Below are positions 12,600 through 22,214 of a stretch of 54,010 nucleotides of DNA, piece by piece. Positions within the stretch are counted from its first letter, which is position 1; the number at the start of each line of letters is the position of its first letter. Under the pieces are notes generated by a model that was not told the DNA's origin, did not search any database, and saw only the letters and a list, made by a program, of their open reading frames with translations. The stretch comes from Candidatus Thermofontivivens primus. GTDB lineage: Bacteria; Sysuimicrobiota; Sysuimicrobiia; Sysuimicrobiales; Thermofontiviventaceae. A program made the translations under genes and the position numbers. The DNA is taken from assembly GCA_031458695.1 (NCBI GenBank), contig JAVKJW010000015.1:1-54010 (forward strand), in the 5' to 3' direction.

Positions 12600-12948
12600 T
12601 CCATCCTCCTGCGCGCAAAGACCATACCCTCCTGCCCCGGCGAACGCTTCGCGTTCACCGCGGCAAGATAACCCGTGGATCCCGCCTTCGCTTCAACTCG
12701 CTGCTGGACCGGAGAGGACCTGGCAGGGACCCCGACGCAAGCCTTATCAGTAGTCCCTCGTAAGCTGCGCAGCGAACCGTCGTGCACGAGGCACTACTGG
12801 CTTCGCTGCGTGCCTTCCTGCGAACAGGAGAATGGGACCTACCCCTCTATGGGAACACCCTGTTACTTCGGAGGAGAGGAGGGAATCTCCTCTCGAAATG
12901 ACTCAGGCCGATCCCGAAAAATTTTCCCTCGCAGGCGACAAAACCCAT
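12600..12948 (-). ncRNA. Candidate large structured ncRNA or leader of unknown class (raiA-like motifs in permuted order)
   Basis: 450-bp gap with many helices, including a UUCG-capped hairpin (12816-12829) and end-to-end pairing 12930-12935/12608-12613. Possible promoter CTGTCA-18-CATAAT at 12984-12955. No T-box or lysine-riboswitch motif. Confidence 0.6.
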
Positions 12949-12999
12949 CTATGTATTATGAACGATCCACGGATATCGTGACAGGGGGATCCCTTCGCC

Positions 13000-14400
13000 T
13001 TATGATCCCTGGTGCACAGAGTTCTCAGAGCTGGACATCTTGCCACAGAGATGTTCGCGGGGCCACCGAACAGAGGAAGCTCCAGAAGCGATCAGATACC
13101 GCAGGGCACGTCGGATCTCTCCTACCAAGTAAAAGGACCCAGTGACACAGATCACGTCCTCCCGCCCCGCCAGGGACAGGGCGCGTTCCATGGCAGAAAG
13201 CTGGTTGTCCACCACCTCGACCGATGGGGCGAACCGCCCCACCTCTTCGGCAAGGACTGCTGCATCTAAGGCGTGGGGATGGTGCGGCCTCGTGGCAATC
13301 ACGTGGGAGGCGCAAGGAGCGAGGATAGCCGTAGTCCCTCGATAATCCTTCGTCTTGAGCATGCCGTAGACCAGGATCACCCGGCGCCCAGGGAAGTGCT
13401 CCTCTAGGACCGCGCGCAGGGCTCCCATGGAGGCAGGGTTGTGAGCGACATCCAAGAGGATATAGGGCCTGCGGGAGAACAGCTCCACTCGCGCCGGCCA
13501 TCGCACGCGGGACAGCCCCGCGCGGATCGCTGCGGGGGGAACTGGAATCCCGAGCTCTTGGAGGCACTCCACCGTGGCTACTGCAGTAGCTGCATTGACC
13601 ACCTGATGTGCCCCTAGAAGAGGGACCCACAGATCTTCATAGATCCCCAAACGCCCGAATACCTTGAACTGCTGGCCTTCCCGTGTCGACCGCTCGCGCT
13701 TCCAGATCACCTCCTCGCCCACCTGGACCAGGCGTGCCTGTTGTTCCCTGCACGTTGCTTGGATCACCTCGGCGGCCTCCCCCCCTTGCGGGGCGGAGAC
13801 GACAGTTCCATGCTCGCGGATGATCCCGGCCTTCTCCGCTGCAATGGCCCTCACAGTGTTCCCCAGGATCTCCGTATGGTCGAGGCTGATCGGGGTGATC
13901 ACGGAGACGAGAGGGTCCGTCACATTGGTGGCATCGAGCCGGCCTCCAAGCCCAACCTCCAGCACGGCCAGGTCCACGGGAACGCTGGAGAAATGGAGAA
14001 GGGCAAGGGCAACCGTTGCTTCAAAGTAGCTGGGTAGCCCCCATGGCCCTTCTCGCATCGCCTCACTATGGGGCTGCAGCCGGGCGACGAGGCGGGCGAA
14101 CGTCTCCCTGCGGACAGGGCGGCCGTTGACCTGGATCCGCTCCCGCACATCCTCGAGGTGAGGCTTCGTGTGCAAGCCCACGGTCATCCCGCTGGCCATC
14201 AGGATGGAGCTGATCATGGCGCATGTCGACCCCTTCCCTTTGGTCCCAGCCACCAGCACCACCCTGAGGGAGCGGTGAGGATCCCCCAGGCGACGAAGAA
14301 GATCCTTCATGCGCTCCAGCTTGATCTCCGCGTACCTTTGCTGGGAGGTCGCCTCGCTAATCAGCCCGTCGAGGTAGGCAACGGCCTCATGGAAGTTCAT
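13000..14400 (-). CDS. folC: bifunctional folylpolyglutamate synthase/dihydrofolate synthase
   Basis: AGTKGKGST, EVGLGGRLDATN, DH..ILG, EKAGI, LDVAHNP and GSFYLVGE motifs. ATG overlaps the folD stop. Confidence 0.95.
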   Translation of the reverse strand: MNFHEAVAYLDGLISEATSQQRYAEIKLERMKDLLRRLGDPHRSLRVVLVAGTKGKGSTCAMISSILMASGMTVGLHTKPHLEDVRERIQVNGRPVRRETFARLVARLQPHSEAMREGPWGLPSYFEATVALALLHFSSVPVDLAVLEVGLGGRLDATNVTDPLVSVITPISLDHTEILGNTVRAIAAEKAGIIREHGTVVSAPQGGEAAEVIQATCREQQARLVQVGEEVIWKRERSTREGQQFKVFGRLGIYEDLWVPLLGAHQVVNAATAVATVECLQELGIPVPPAAIRAGLSRVRWPARVELFSRRPYILLDVAHNPASMGALRAVLEEHFPGRRVILVYGMLKTKDYRGTTAILAPCASHVIATRPHHPHALDAAVLAEEVGRFAPSVEVVDNQLSAMERALSLAGREDVICVTGSFYLVGEIRRALRYLIASGASSVRWPREHLCGKMSSSENSVHQGS

Positions 14401-15272
14401 GGCTCCAGAGTACACCCATTTCCCTCCAGTTGCGCGAGCGCCGCCTGCAAGGTGTTCCGCAGGAGCATGGCAATGGTCATTGGACCAACGCCGCCTGGGA
14501 CTGGGGTAATGGCGGAGGCGACTTCCACCACCTCGGCGAAATCCACGTCTCCTACGAGCTTTCCGTCGACCCGGTTCACCCCCACATCAATGACCACGGC
14601 GCCAGGCTTCACCATCTCCCCTCGGATCAGGCGCGGGCGGCCAGCGGCCACGACGAGGATCTCGGCACGCCGCGTATGCGCGCTCAGTTCTGTGGTCCTA
14701 CTGTGACAGATGGTCACCGTGGCGTGTTGAGAGAGGAGGAGCGCCGCGGTGGGCCTTCCCACAATCGGGCTGCGCCCGACAACGACCGCCTCCTTTCCAC
14801 GTACCTCCACCCCTGCCCAGCGCAACAACTCAAGGATCCCCCTGGGGGTTGCCGGAACCATGCGCGGACGGCCAAGGAAGAGGTAGCCAACATTCATGGG
14901 GTGGAGGCCGTCCACATCTTTCTCGGGGAGGATCGCAGAAGTCACCACTTCCTCGCGCAGGTGGGGTGGAAGGGGGAGCTGGACGAGGATCCCGTGCACA
15001 TCAGAACGGCGGTTGAGATCCGCAATGAGGGCCAGGATCTCTTCCTCGTGGATCTCCCGCGGAAGGCGGAATGTCTCCGAGCGGATTCCCACACGTCCAC
15101 AGGCCTCCGCTTTCCTGCGGACGTAGAGGGAGGACACTGGATCGTCCCCCACGAGGAGGGCCGCGAGACAGGGGGAGATTCCGTGTTTTTGTACGAACGC
15201 TTGTACATCTCGTCGCACCTCCTCTTCCACGGACCGAGCAAGAGCCTTTCCATCCAGTACGCGCGCCGCCAT
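14397..15272 (-). CDS. folD: methylenetetrahydrofolate dehydrogenase/cyclohydrolase
   Basis: GILVQLPLP, KDVDGLHP, GRS.IVG.P and TPVPGGVGPMT motifs. Confidence 0.96.
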   Translation of the reverse strand: MAARVLDGKALARSVEEEVRRDVQAFVQKHGISPCLAALLVGDDPVSSLYVRRKAEACGRVGIRSETFRLPREIHEEEILALIADLNRRSDVHGILVQLPLPPHLREEVVTSAILPEKDVDGLHPMNVGYLFLGRPRMVPATPRGILELLRWAGVEVRGKEAVVVGRSPIVGRPTAALLLSQHATVTICHSRTTELSAHTRRAEILVVAAGRPRLIRGEMVKPGAVVIDVGVNRVDGKLVGDVDFAEVVEVASAITPVPGGVGPMTIAMLLRNTLQAALAQLEGNGCTLEP

Positions 15273-15410
15273 CCAAACCCTCCCGAGAATCCCAGGATGG
15301 TCTTCTGTTTCTTGGAGAAAGAAGCGTTCTCCTGCCCAGGCGGGAAGAGGGAGCAAGGGCGCCGGAAACCATTACCGACTTTGCCGGAGCCTCCCTGGTC
15401 ACGCAAAGGG

Positions 15411-15449
15411 AAACAAAAAGGGCAGGTCCTCCCGCAGGACGCCTGCCCT
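15411..15449 (-). terminator. intrinsic terminator downstream of hup
   Basis: Minus strand AGGGCAGG..TCCT-gcggg-AGGA-CCTGCCCT followed by TTTTGTTT. Confidence 0.7.
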
Positions 15450-15473
15450 CGTTTGCTGAGCTCGTCGAGCGCT

Positions 15474-15746
15474 TTACTTCACCGCAGCCTTTAGCTCCTT
15501 GCCCGCGGTGAACGCGGGAACCTTCTTGGCGGGAATGCGAATCTTCTGCCCGGTCTGAGGGTTGCGCCCTTCGCGGGCGGCCCTCCTCCGCACGGAGAAG
15601 GTCCCAAACCCAACAAGGGTGACCTTCTCACCGCGCTTCAGGCTACCGGTGATGGTATCGATCACCGCATTCACCGCCTCAAGAGCGGCCTTCTTGGTCA
15701 GGCCGGTCTTGCTGGCAACGCGCTCGACCAGCTGCTCCTTGTTCAT
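15474..15746 (-). CDS. hup: HU family DNA-binding protein
   Basis: MNKEQLV..., GFGTF and GRNPQTG motifs; 90 aa; GGAGG RBS. Confidence 0.96.
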   Translation of the reverse strand: MNKEQLVERVASKTGLTKKAALEAVNAVIDTITGSLKRGEKVTLVGFGTFSVRRRAAREGRNPQTGQKIRIPAKKVPAFTAGKELKAAVK

Positions 15747-15803
15747 CTATCTTCCCTCCTTCCCTTGCGGGAGTCCGCACCCTGTAGGTGCTTTCGGTTA
15801 TAT

Positions 15804-15830
15804 ATTCGCCATAGCTCCGCTGATTCCTTC
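15804..15830 (-). promoter_or_regulatory. sigmaH-like promoter of hup
   Basis: GAAGGAAT...CGAAT (AGGA-N17-GAAT), matching the Bacillus sigmaH consensus. Confidence 0.55.
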
Positions 15831-15970
15831 TTTTCCCAGCTGAGCCAGTTCCGGTGTTAAGCGGGAGGCCAGCTCCAGGGGTCGACCCCCGGGGACTAGG
15901 CAGGTGATCTGTTTTCCCCTCGTGGAGCCCAAGGGTACCCCTGGGCAACAATCCCAGACGTTGCCAGTAT

Positions 15971-18900
15971 TCAAAACAGCGGCTGGACGACCATTGGGTT
16001 TGCGGGGATGATCTCTCCCCTGCGGATAGCCTCAAGGACGTGCACGAGCGCCCAGGCGGTGTCGAGAGAGGTGAAGCAGGAGATCCGCGCTTCGGCCGCT
16101 GCGCGGCGCAGGCGAAAGCCTTGCTGTTCCCGAGTTCCAACAGGACCTGGTGTGCTGAGGACGACTCCAACCTCCCCCGAGCGGATGAGCCTAAGAAAAT
16201 CCCCATCCTGGCTGCCCACCGGTGAAACCTCCAGGCCACAGTCCCTTAGGAACGTGCATATCGCATCAGGGGCGTACAGGCGTAACCCCAGCGACTGCAA
16301 AGCCCTGAGCAACTCCACGAGCTGTTCCTTGTCGCGATCGGCGACGGAGACGAGCGCCCCGGGAGGGGGCGGGATTTGAACTCCAGACGCCAGGAGTGCC
16401 TTGTACAGGGCTCCCTGGAGGGTTGTATCGATCCCCATGACCTCGCCGGTGGACTTCATCTCTGGCCCAAGGGCCACATCGGCGAAGAACAGCTTTTCTG
16501 TAGAGAAGACGGGGGCCTTGACGGCGATGAGATGCGGGGGAGGGAGGAGCTGGATGCCTCGGAAACCCAACTCAGAGAGGGGGGTCCCCAGCATGACGCG
16601 CGTGGCGAGGTTCACCATGGGCACGCCCGTGGCTTTACTCACAAACGGCACTGTCCGGCTCGCCCGAAGGTTGGCCTCCAGCACGTACACCTGTCCTTCG
16701 AACACTACGAACTGAACATTGAGAAAGCCGCGCACCTGAAGGGCGCGCGCGAGGAGCGCGGTGTACGCTACAATCTGGTCTTGCTCCTCCGTGCTCAGGG
16801 ACTGTGCAGGGAGGACAGCAAGGCTGTCCCCAGAGTGTACACCGGCGCGCTCGATGTGCTCCATGATCGCGGGGATCAGCACTTCCTGCCCATCCGAGAT
16901 CGCATCCACCTCGACCTCCTTGCCCTCAAGGTAGCGGTCGATGAGCACCGGCTTGGGAGCTTCCCCTGTGCGCAGGGAGGAGTCCAAAGCGGCCTGGACA
17001 TATTCCCGCAAGGCCGTGGCATCCTCCACGATCTCCATCCCCCTCCCTCCCAGGACGTAGGACGGACGGACAAGGAGCGGGAACCCCAGAGTCTCGCCTA
17101 GCGCCATGGCTTCCTCCAGGGAGGTTGCCGTCCCACCCGGAGGCCTCGGGATGTGGAGGTGACGAAGGAGGGCATCGAAGCGGCTCCTGTCCTCGCTGAT
17201 GTCCAGGCTTTCCACGGGCGTCCCCAGAACCTGAACTCCGGCGCGGGCGAGAGGGACGGCCAAGTTTAACGCCGTCTGCCCCCCAAACTGCACCAGAACC
17301 CCCTCAGGCTGCTCACGTTCCACCACGTGGAGGACATCCTCAAGCGTCAGGGGTTCGAAGTAGAGGCGGTCTGAGGTGTCGAAGTCCGTGGAGACGGTCT
17401 CCGGGTTGTTATTGATGATCACCGCCTCCACCCCGGCCTGCTGGAGAGCCTTCACGGCGTGGACGGTACAGTAGTCGAACTCAATCCCCTGCCCGATCCG
17501 GATGGGACCTGAGCCCAGAACGAGGACACGACGATGGCGAAGGGGCGGGACTTCATCCTCTTCCTCGTAGGTCGAGTAGAAATAAGGCGTGGCGGCAGGG
17601 AACTCCCCAGCGCACGTGTCCACCACCTTGTAGACTGGCTTGAGGCCAAGCCCTCTCCGGATCTTTCGGATCTCCTCCTCTTCCTTCCCTGCGAGGATGG
17701 CGATGGTTCGGTCTGAAAACCCCAGGCGCTTGGCTGCATGGAGGAGTTGAGCGCTCAGCGTTGTCTGTTGTGCAGATGCAGCGATGGCCTTCTCCATCTC
17801 CACAATATTGGCAATGGCCTGGACGAAGAACCGGTCGATACCGCTCACCGCGGAGATTTCCTCGACTGGGAGCCCGCGGCGGAGGGCTTCGGCGATGGCG
17901 AAGAGGCGCTCATCCGTGGGGATGGAGAGTCGTTCCCGTACCTCGGCAGCGGACCATCTCTTGGCCGGTGGGTAGAGCAGCCCGTCGACGTGGATCTCAA
18001 GCGACCGCAAAGCCTTGAGAAGGGCCTCCTCAACACACCTCCCAATGGCCATCACCTCACCCGTCGCCTTCATTTGCGTGCCGAGGGTACGGTCGGCGGA
18101 GCGGAACTTGTCGAAGGGCCAGCGGGGGATCTTCACCACGACATAGTCAAGGGCTGGCTCGAAGCACGCTGTGGTGGCCCCGGTGACTTGGTTGCGAATC
18201 TCGTCGAGGCGGAGCCCCACAGCAATCTTCGCCGCCACCCGGGCGATGGGATACCCCGTTGCCTTGCTCGCCAGGGCGCTGCTGCGGCTCACCCGCGGGT
18301 TTACCTCGATGACGTAGTACCGCAAGCTGTGTGGATCGAGAGCGAACTGGATGTTGCATCCTCCCTGGATCCCCAGGTGGCGGATGATGCGCAGGGCTGC
18401 CGAACGGAGGAGCTGGTACTCCTCGTCAGAGAGGGTCTGGCTCGGCGCGACCACGATGCTGTCCCCAGTGTGTACGCCCATGGGATCAAGGTTCTCCATG
18501 TTGCACACGGTGATGACGTTGTCCGCACCATCGCGCATGACCTCGTACTCGATCTCCTTCCACCCAGCGACGCTGCGCTCGATGAGAACCTGCTGGATGG
18601 GGCTGTGGAGGAGGCCCCGGTGCGCAATTTCCTCGAGCTCCTTGGGGTTCCTGGCCAGCCCACCGCCCGTACCTCCCAGCGTATAGGCCGGCCGGACGAC
18701 GACGGGGTAGCCCAACTCCTGGGCGACGGCAAGGGCTTCGGGGATCGAGTGGACCACCGCGCTCTCCAATACTGGCTCTCCGATCTCCTCCATAGCCTGC
18801 TTAAACAGCTCGCGATCCTCAGCACGTCGGATGGCCTCAAGGGGCGTCCCCAGAACCTCCACGCCGTACTCCTCCAGGATGCCCTCTCGGGCCAGGGCAA

Positions 18901-19198
18901 CGGCCAGGTTCAAACCTGTCTGTCCTCCCATGGTGGGAAGCAAACCGTCAGGGCGTTCGCGGGCAATGATCTGGCGCAGGAACTCCACAGTGAGGGGTTC
19001 GATGTAGACCCTATCGGCCACCTCCACGTCGGTCATGATGGTGGCTGGATTGCTGTTGACCAGAACAACCTCGATCCCCTCCTCGGAGAGGGCCTTGCAG
19101 GCCTGGGTTCCTGAATAGTCGAACTCGGCGGCCTGGCCAATGACAATGGGCCCAGACCCAATGATCAAAACCTTTCGAATCTCTCCTCGCTTAGGCAT
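15971..19198 (-). CDS. carB: carbamoyl-phosphate synthase large subunit
   Basis: [27 protein letters not shown]-terminus and duplicated ATP-grasp domains. Start overlaps the carA end. Confidence 0.97.
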   Translation of the reverse strand: MPKRGEIRKVLIIGSGPIVIGQAAEFDYSGTQACKALSEEGIEVVLVNSNPATIMTDVEVADRVYIEPLTVEFLRQIIARERPDGLLPTMGGQTGLNLAVALAREGILEEYGVEVLGTPLEAIRRAEDRELFKQAMEEIGEPVLESAVVHSIPEALAVAQELGYPVVVRPAYTLGGTGGGLARNPKELEEIAHRGLLHSPIQQVLIERSVAGWKEIEYEVMRDGADNVITVCNMENLDPMGVHTGDSIVVAPSQTLSDEEYQLLRSAALRIIRHLGIQGGCNIQFALDPHSLRYYVIEVNPRVSRSSALASKATGYPIARVAAKIAVGLRLDEIRNQVTGATTACFEPALDYVVVKIPRWPFDKFRSADRTLGTQMKATGEVMAIGRCVEEALLKALRSLEIHVDGLLYPPAKRWSAAEVRERLSIPTDERLFAIAEALRRGLPVEEISAVSGIDRFFVQAIANIVEMEKAIAASAQQTTLSAQLLHAAKRLGFSDRTIAILAGKEEEEIRKIRRGLGLKPVYKVVDTCAGEFPAATPYFYSTYEEEDEVPPLRHRRVLVLGSGPIRIGQGIEFDYCTVHAVKALQQAGVEAVIINNNPETVSTDFDTSDRLYFEPLTLEDVLHVVEREQPEGVLVQFGGQTALNLAVPLARAGVQVLGTPVESLDISEDRSRFDALLRHLHIPRPPGGTATSLEEAMALGETLGFPLLVRPSYVLGGRGMEIVEDATALREYVQAALDSSLRTGEAPKPVLIDRYLEGKEVEVDAISDGQEVLIPAIMEHIERAGVHSGDSLAVLPAQSLSTEEQDQIVAYTALLARALQVRGFLNVQFVVFEGQVYVLEANLRASRTVPFVSKATGVPMVNLATRVMLGTPLSELGFRGIQLLPPPHLIAVKAPVFSTEKLFFADVALGPEMKSTGEVMGIDTTLQGALYKALLASGVQIPPPPGALVSVADRDKEQLVELLRALQSLGLRLYAPDAICTFLRDCGLEVSPVGSQDGDFLRLIRSGEVGVVLSTPGPVGTREQQGFRLRRAAAEARISCFTSLDTAWALVHVLEAIRRGEIIPANPMVVQPLF

Positions 19199-20261
19199 GA
19201 CCACGCACCATATCCAGGAAGAGGTCATACACTCCTTCTGCGTCCCGCGGGCCAGGACGCCCTTCAGGATGGAACTGGGTGGTGAGTACTGGAAGGCGAC
19301 GGTGACGCAAGCCTTCCACCGTCCCATCGTGGAGGTGACGGAAGCTCACCTCCACCTCCTTGGGGAGGGTCTCTTCCTCTACGGCAAACCCGTGGTTTTG
19401 GGTGGTGATGAGCACCTTACCGCGCCCCACCCACTCCACAGGATGGTTAGACCCCCGGTGGCCGAACTTCATCTTGTAGGTGCGCGCACCCATGGCAAGG
19501 GCTACGAGCTGGTGGCCGAGGCAGATCCCCAGAACTGGCTTCTTCTCCAGGAGATGGCCGACTTCCCTGGCCACGTCGACGAGCCTTGCGGGATCGCCGG
19601 GGCCATTGGAAATGACAATCCCATCTGGGTTGAACCCCAAGATCTCCTGGGCGGGCATGCGAGGGGGAACGCACCATACCTCGCACCCACGCACCTGGAG
19701 CGCTGAGAGGATCCCTCGCTTGACGCCGCAGTCCAAGAGCGCGATCCGCGGTCCATCCCCTGGGAAGTGCTGAGGATGGAGCGGGGAGACTTCTTCCACA
19801 AGGCCCTGCGCACCAATGTGAGGGATCGCGCGCGCCATGGAAACGAGTTCTTGCGGTGGATACAGGGAAGGGCCGATGACGCCTCGCATGAGCCCTTTCG
19901 TGCGCAGATGGAGCACAAGACGGCGCGTGTCCACTCCGGAAATCCCTACGATCCCTCTGGCACGAAGGGTAGAGTGCAGGTCGGAGACAGCCTTCCAGTG
20001 GCTGGGGACGGTGGGTTCCCGGACGACAAAGCCAGCCACGTGGATTTCAGGAGCCTCCCACGCGTCTTCGCTCACGCCGTAGTTCCCAATCAAAGGATAG
20101 GTCATCACCACGATCTGTCCCCGGTAGGAGGGGTCGCTGAGGACCTCCTGGTACCCCGTCATGCTCGTGGTGAAGACCACCTCTCCCCTGGCAATCCCCA
20201 GCTTGCCCAGGGGCTCCCCCACGAAGGTGGTCCCGTCTTCAAGCGCCAAGATGGCTTTCAT
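19191..20261 (-). CDS. carA: carbamoyl-phosphate synthase small subunit
   Basis: LALEDG, TGYQE..SDPSY, SNGPGDP, GICLGHQ and QFHPE motifs. GGAGG RBS. Confidence 0.96.
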   Translation of the reverse strand: MKAILALEDGTTFVGEPLGKLGIARGEVVFTTSMTGYQEVLSDPSYRGQIVVMTYPLIGNYGVSEDAWEAPEIHVAGFVVREPTVPSHWKAVSDLHSTLRARGIVGISGVDTRRLVLHLRTKGLMRGVIGPSLYPPQELVSMARAIPHIGAQGLVEEVSPLHPQHFPGDGPRIALLDCGVKRGILSALQVRGCEVWCVPPRMPAQEILGFNPDGIVISNGPGDPARLVDVAREVGHLLEKKPVLGICLGHQLVALAMGARTYKMKFGHRGSNHPVEWVGRGKVLITTQNHGFAVEEETLPKEVEVSFRHLHDGTVEGLRHRRLPVLTTQFHPEGRPGPRDAEGVYDLFLDMVRGHA

Positions 20262-20277
20262 AGAAACCTCCCCTGTG

Positions 20278-20315
20278 TGCGTATAATTATACACATAAGT
20301 GAATAAAAATGCAAA
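20278..20315 (-). promoter_or_regulatory. sigma70 promoter of carAB overlapped by tandem ARG boxes (ArgR/AhrC operator)
   Basis: Minus strand TTGCAT(20314-20309)-17-TATAAT(20291-20286). 18-bp boxes TGCGTATAATTATACACA (20278-20295) and AGTGAATAAAAATGCAAA (20298-20315) are 2 bp apart. Confidence 0.88.
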
Positions 20316-20361
20316 GGCTGCGAGGGATCAGGTGGAAGGGAATCGACATAGAGGGGTACAC

Positions 20362-20459
20362 GAAAAGGGGCCTTTCGCAGGCCCCTTTCACCAGAGAGAA
20401 TGAGAACCCTTCTGCAACCATCGTTCCCTCGCTGGGGCCCATTAATGGCTGCCTGTTTT
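20362..20459 (-). ncRNA. candidate ~95-nt sRNA
   Basis: Lies between a sigmaH-like promoter (20495-20469) and a terminator hairpin (20389-20362). The 5' stem needs G-U pairs that work only on the minus strand. CU-rich linker. Confidence 0.5.
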
Positions 20460-20468
20460 TGGATTTTG

Positions 20469-20495
20469 CTTCGACGTACCTCTCCAGATTCCTGC
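20469..20495 (-). promoter_or_regulatory. sigmaH-like promoter
   Basis: GCAGGAATC...GTCGAAG (AGGA-N17-GAAG), the same spacing as the hup promoter. Confidence 0.5.
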
Positions 20496-20567
20496 AGGGG
20501 TCATGCGCGATTTGGGGTCCTGATGCAATCTCCCTGTGGGAGCCTCTTGGATCCTTTGCACGATACT

Positions 20568-21311
20568 TTAAGGAAATGGCCGGAGGACCAGCTCGTAGAT
20601 GACCATGGCAGCGGTCACAACTCCTGCGGTCTCCGTCCGGTACACGAGGGGACCTAAGGAAACTGTGACGGCACCGTGCGCGACGGCCTCCTGGACCTCG
20701 CCTGGTTCGAACCCGCCTTCTGGCCCAATGAGGATGACCACCTGTCGTGCCTGCCGGTTGCGAGCCAGCACCTCCCCGAGCGTCCTCTGCCGCTCCCCCT
20801 CCCAGGGCATCAGAATCAGATCTGAACTGTCCACCTGCCAAAGCGCCTCTTCGAGCGTGCAGACGCTCAGGACGGAGGGGACAGTGGTCCGCTGGGATTG
20901 TTTTGCCGCTTCCCTGGCGATACGCTGCCAGCGCAGGACCTTCGAGGAAGCCTTCTCCTCAAATCGCACAACGGTCCTCCGCGTGACCACGGGGATGAAG
21001 GTATCGATCCCAGCCTCTGTCCCCATGCGCACAATGAGGTCCATCTTCCTCCCTTTCGGGACACCTTGGACAAGGGTGAGCGAGAGGGGAAGGATCCCCT
21101 TCCCCTCTCGCACCTCCAAGATCCGCCCGGCTAAGGCTTTTGAGCTCGCCGAGGTCACTTCGAATACATACTCCCGCCCGGCCCCGTCAAACGCCAGAGC
21201 TTTGGCACCAGGGCCAAGGCGCAAGACCTCAAAGGCATGTCGGGCCTCCTCCCCGACGAGGAGGAGTTCTTCCCCTCGCACATGTTCGGGACGTACAAAG
21301 AACCGCCTCAT
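20568..21311 (-). CDS. rsmE: 16S rRNA m3U1498 methyltransferase
   Basis: H...VLRL, EAAKQSQR, IGPEGGF and LGP.VYRTETA motifs. ATG overlaps the prmA stop. Confidence 0.94.
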   Translation of the reverse strand: MRRFFVRPEHVRGEELLLVGEEARHAFEVLRLGPGAKALAFDGAGREYVFEVTSASSKALAGRILEVREGKGILPLSLTLVQGVPKGRKMDLIVRMGTEAGIDTFIPVVTRRTVVRFEEKASSKVLRWQRIAREAAKQSQRTTVPSVLSVCTLEEALWQVDSSDLILMPWEGERQRTLGEVLARNRQARQVVILIGPEGGFEPGEVQEAVAHGAVTVSLGPLVYRTETAGVVTAAMVIYELVLRPFP

Positions 21312-22183
21312 CGCGCACCCGCGGGGTTGAAGACAATACACCTCCACTCCTCTTCCTCGCGGATTTCCACGGGCTGCAGGTTGCGCGCCAAGGCCTCGCG
21401 GAGAACCCCCGGGATCTCCCCTGCAACGATCCCCGAAGCCACGAACCGTCCAGAGGGCTCGAGATGCTCGTTGACGTGTGGGAGGAGCTCTCGGATAACC
21501 TTCGCGGTGATGTTGGCCACGATCAGGTGAGCCGTCCCGTCCACGGCATTCCATCCCTCCCCATGCCGAACGGTGATCCGGTCGATCAGGCGATTATGCG
21601 CGACATTCCTCGTAGCGACCTCCACTGCAATGGGATCGTTGTCCACGGCTACCACCCTTGCCGCTCCAAGCTTTGCCGCGGCAATGGCGAGGATCCCCGA
21701 ACCGGTTCCAATGTCGAAGACGACCCTTCCCTCTAGAGGGGTTCTCTCGAGGAACTCCAGGCACAGCCTCGTGGAAGGATGGAGACCTGTCCCAAAGGCC
21801 ATCCCAGGGTCAAGCTCCACGACCACCTCCGTTGGAGAGGGGGCGTAGCTCTCCCAGGTGGGCTTGATCACCAGGCGACCGATCTTCAGGGTGTGGAAGT
21901 AAGCCTTCCACCCATGTGCCCAGTCTTCTTCATCGATCTCCCGGGTGGAAAGCTCCCCTTTCCCAAGGTCGAGGCCGAACCCTGGAAGGGCAGAAATCCT
22001 CTTGGCAATAGTTCCCAGGGTCACCTCTGTGGCCGGCCCCAGGGGAAGGTAAGCCTTGAGGAGGACCTCTCCAGGAGAGGGAATTTCCTCTACGACGCCT
22101 CCGGTGCGGGCTTCAAGGAGGATCGTCGCAACTGCCTCTGCGGCCATGGGGCTGACGCGAACAGAGATCTCCACCCACCGCAT
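21308..22183 (-). CDS. prmA: ribosomal protein L11 methyltransferase
   Basis: EDWA..WK.YF, LDPGMAFGTG.H.ST and DIGTGSGIL motifs. dnaJ-prmA-rsmE synteny. Confidence 0.95.
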   Translation of the reverse strand: MRWVEISVRVSPMAAEAVATILLEARTGGVVEEIPSPGEVLLKAYLPLGPATEVTLGTIAKRISALPGFGLDLGKGELSTREIDEEDWAHGWKAYFHTLKIGRLVIKPTWESYAPSPTEVVVELDPGMAFGTGLHPSTRLCLEFLERTPLEGRVVFDIGTGSGILAIAAAKLGAARVVAVDNDPIAVEVATRNVAHNRLIDRITVRHGEGWNAVDGTAHLIVANITAKVIRELLPHVNEHLEPSGRFVASGIVAGEIPGVLREALARNLQPVEIREEEEWRCIVFNPAGAR

Positions 22184-22214
22184 GGCCATCCTCCAGGGCG
22201 TGCGCACCCGCCCC

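Noticed and set aside
12552..12999. T-box, lysine riboswitch, SRP, RNase P, tmRNA or OLE identity for the lysS leader
   Set aside because: No UGGNACC T-box, no AGAGGYGC L-box start, no GAGGAAAGUCC and no tRNA-like ends. CAGGUCC..AGCAGC lacks the SRP GNRA hairpin, and the region is too short for OLE.
12482..13145. ORFs 12482-12787, 12491-12763 and 12675-13145 in the lysS-folC gap
   Set aside because: No convincing RBS or protein features, and they overlap neighbouring genes. Dense RNA helices explain the region better.
20287..20443. Leader peptide for carAB attenuation
   Set aside because: No RBS, not Arg-rich, and it runs through a terminator. The carA promoter lies downstream of that terminator.
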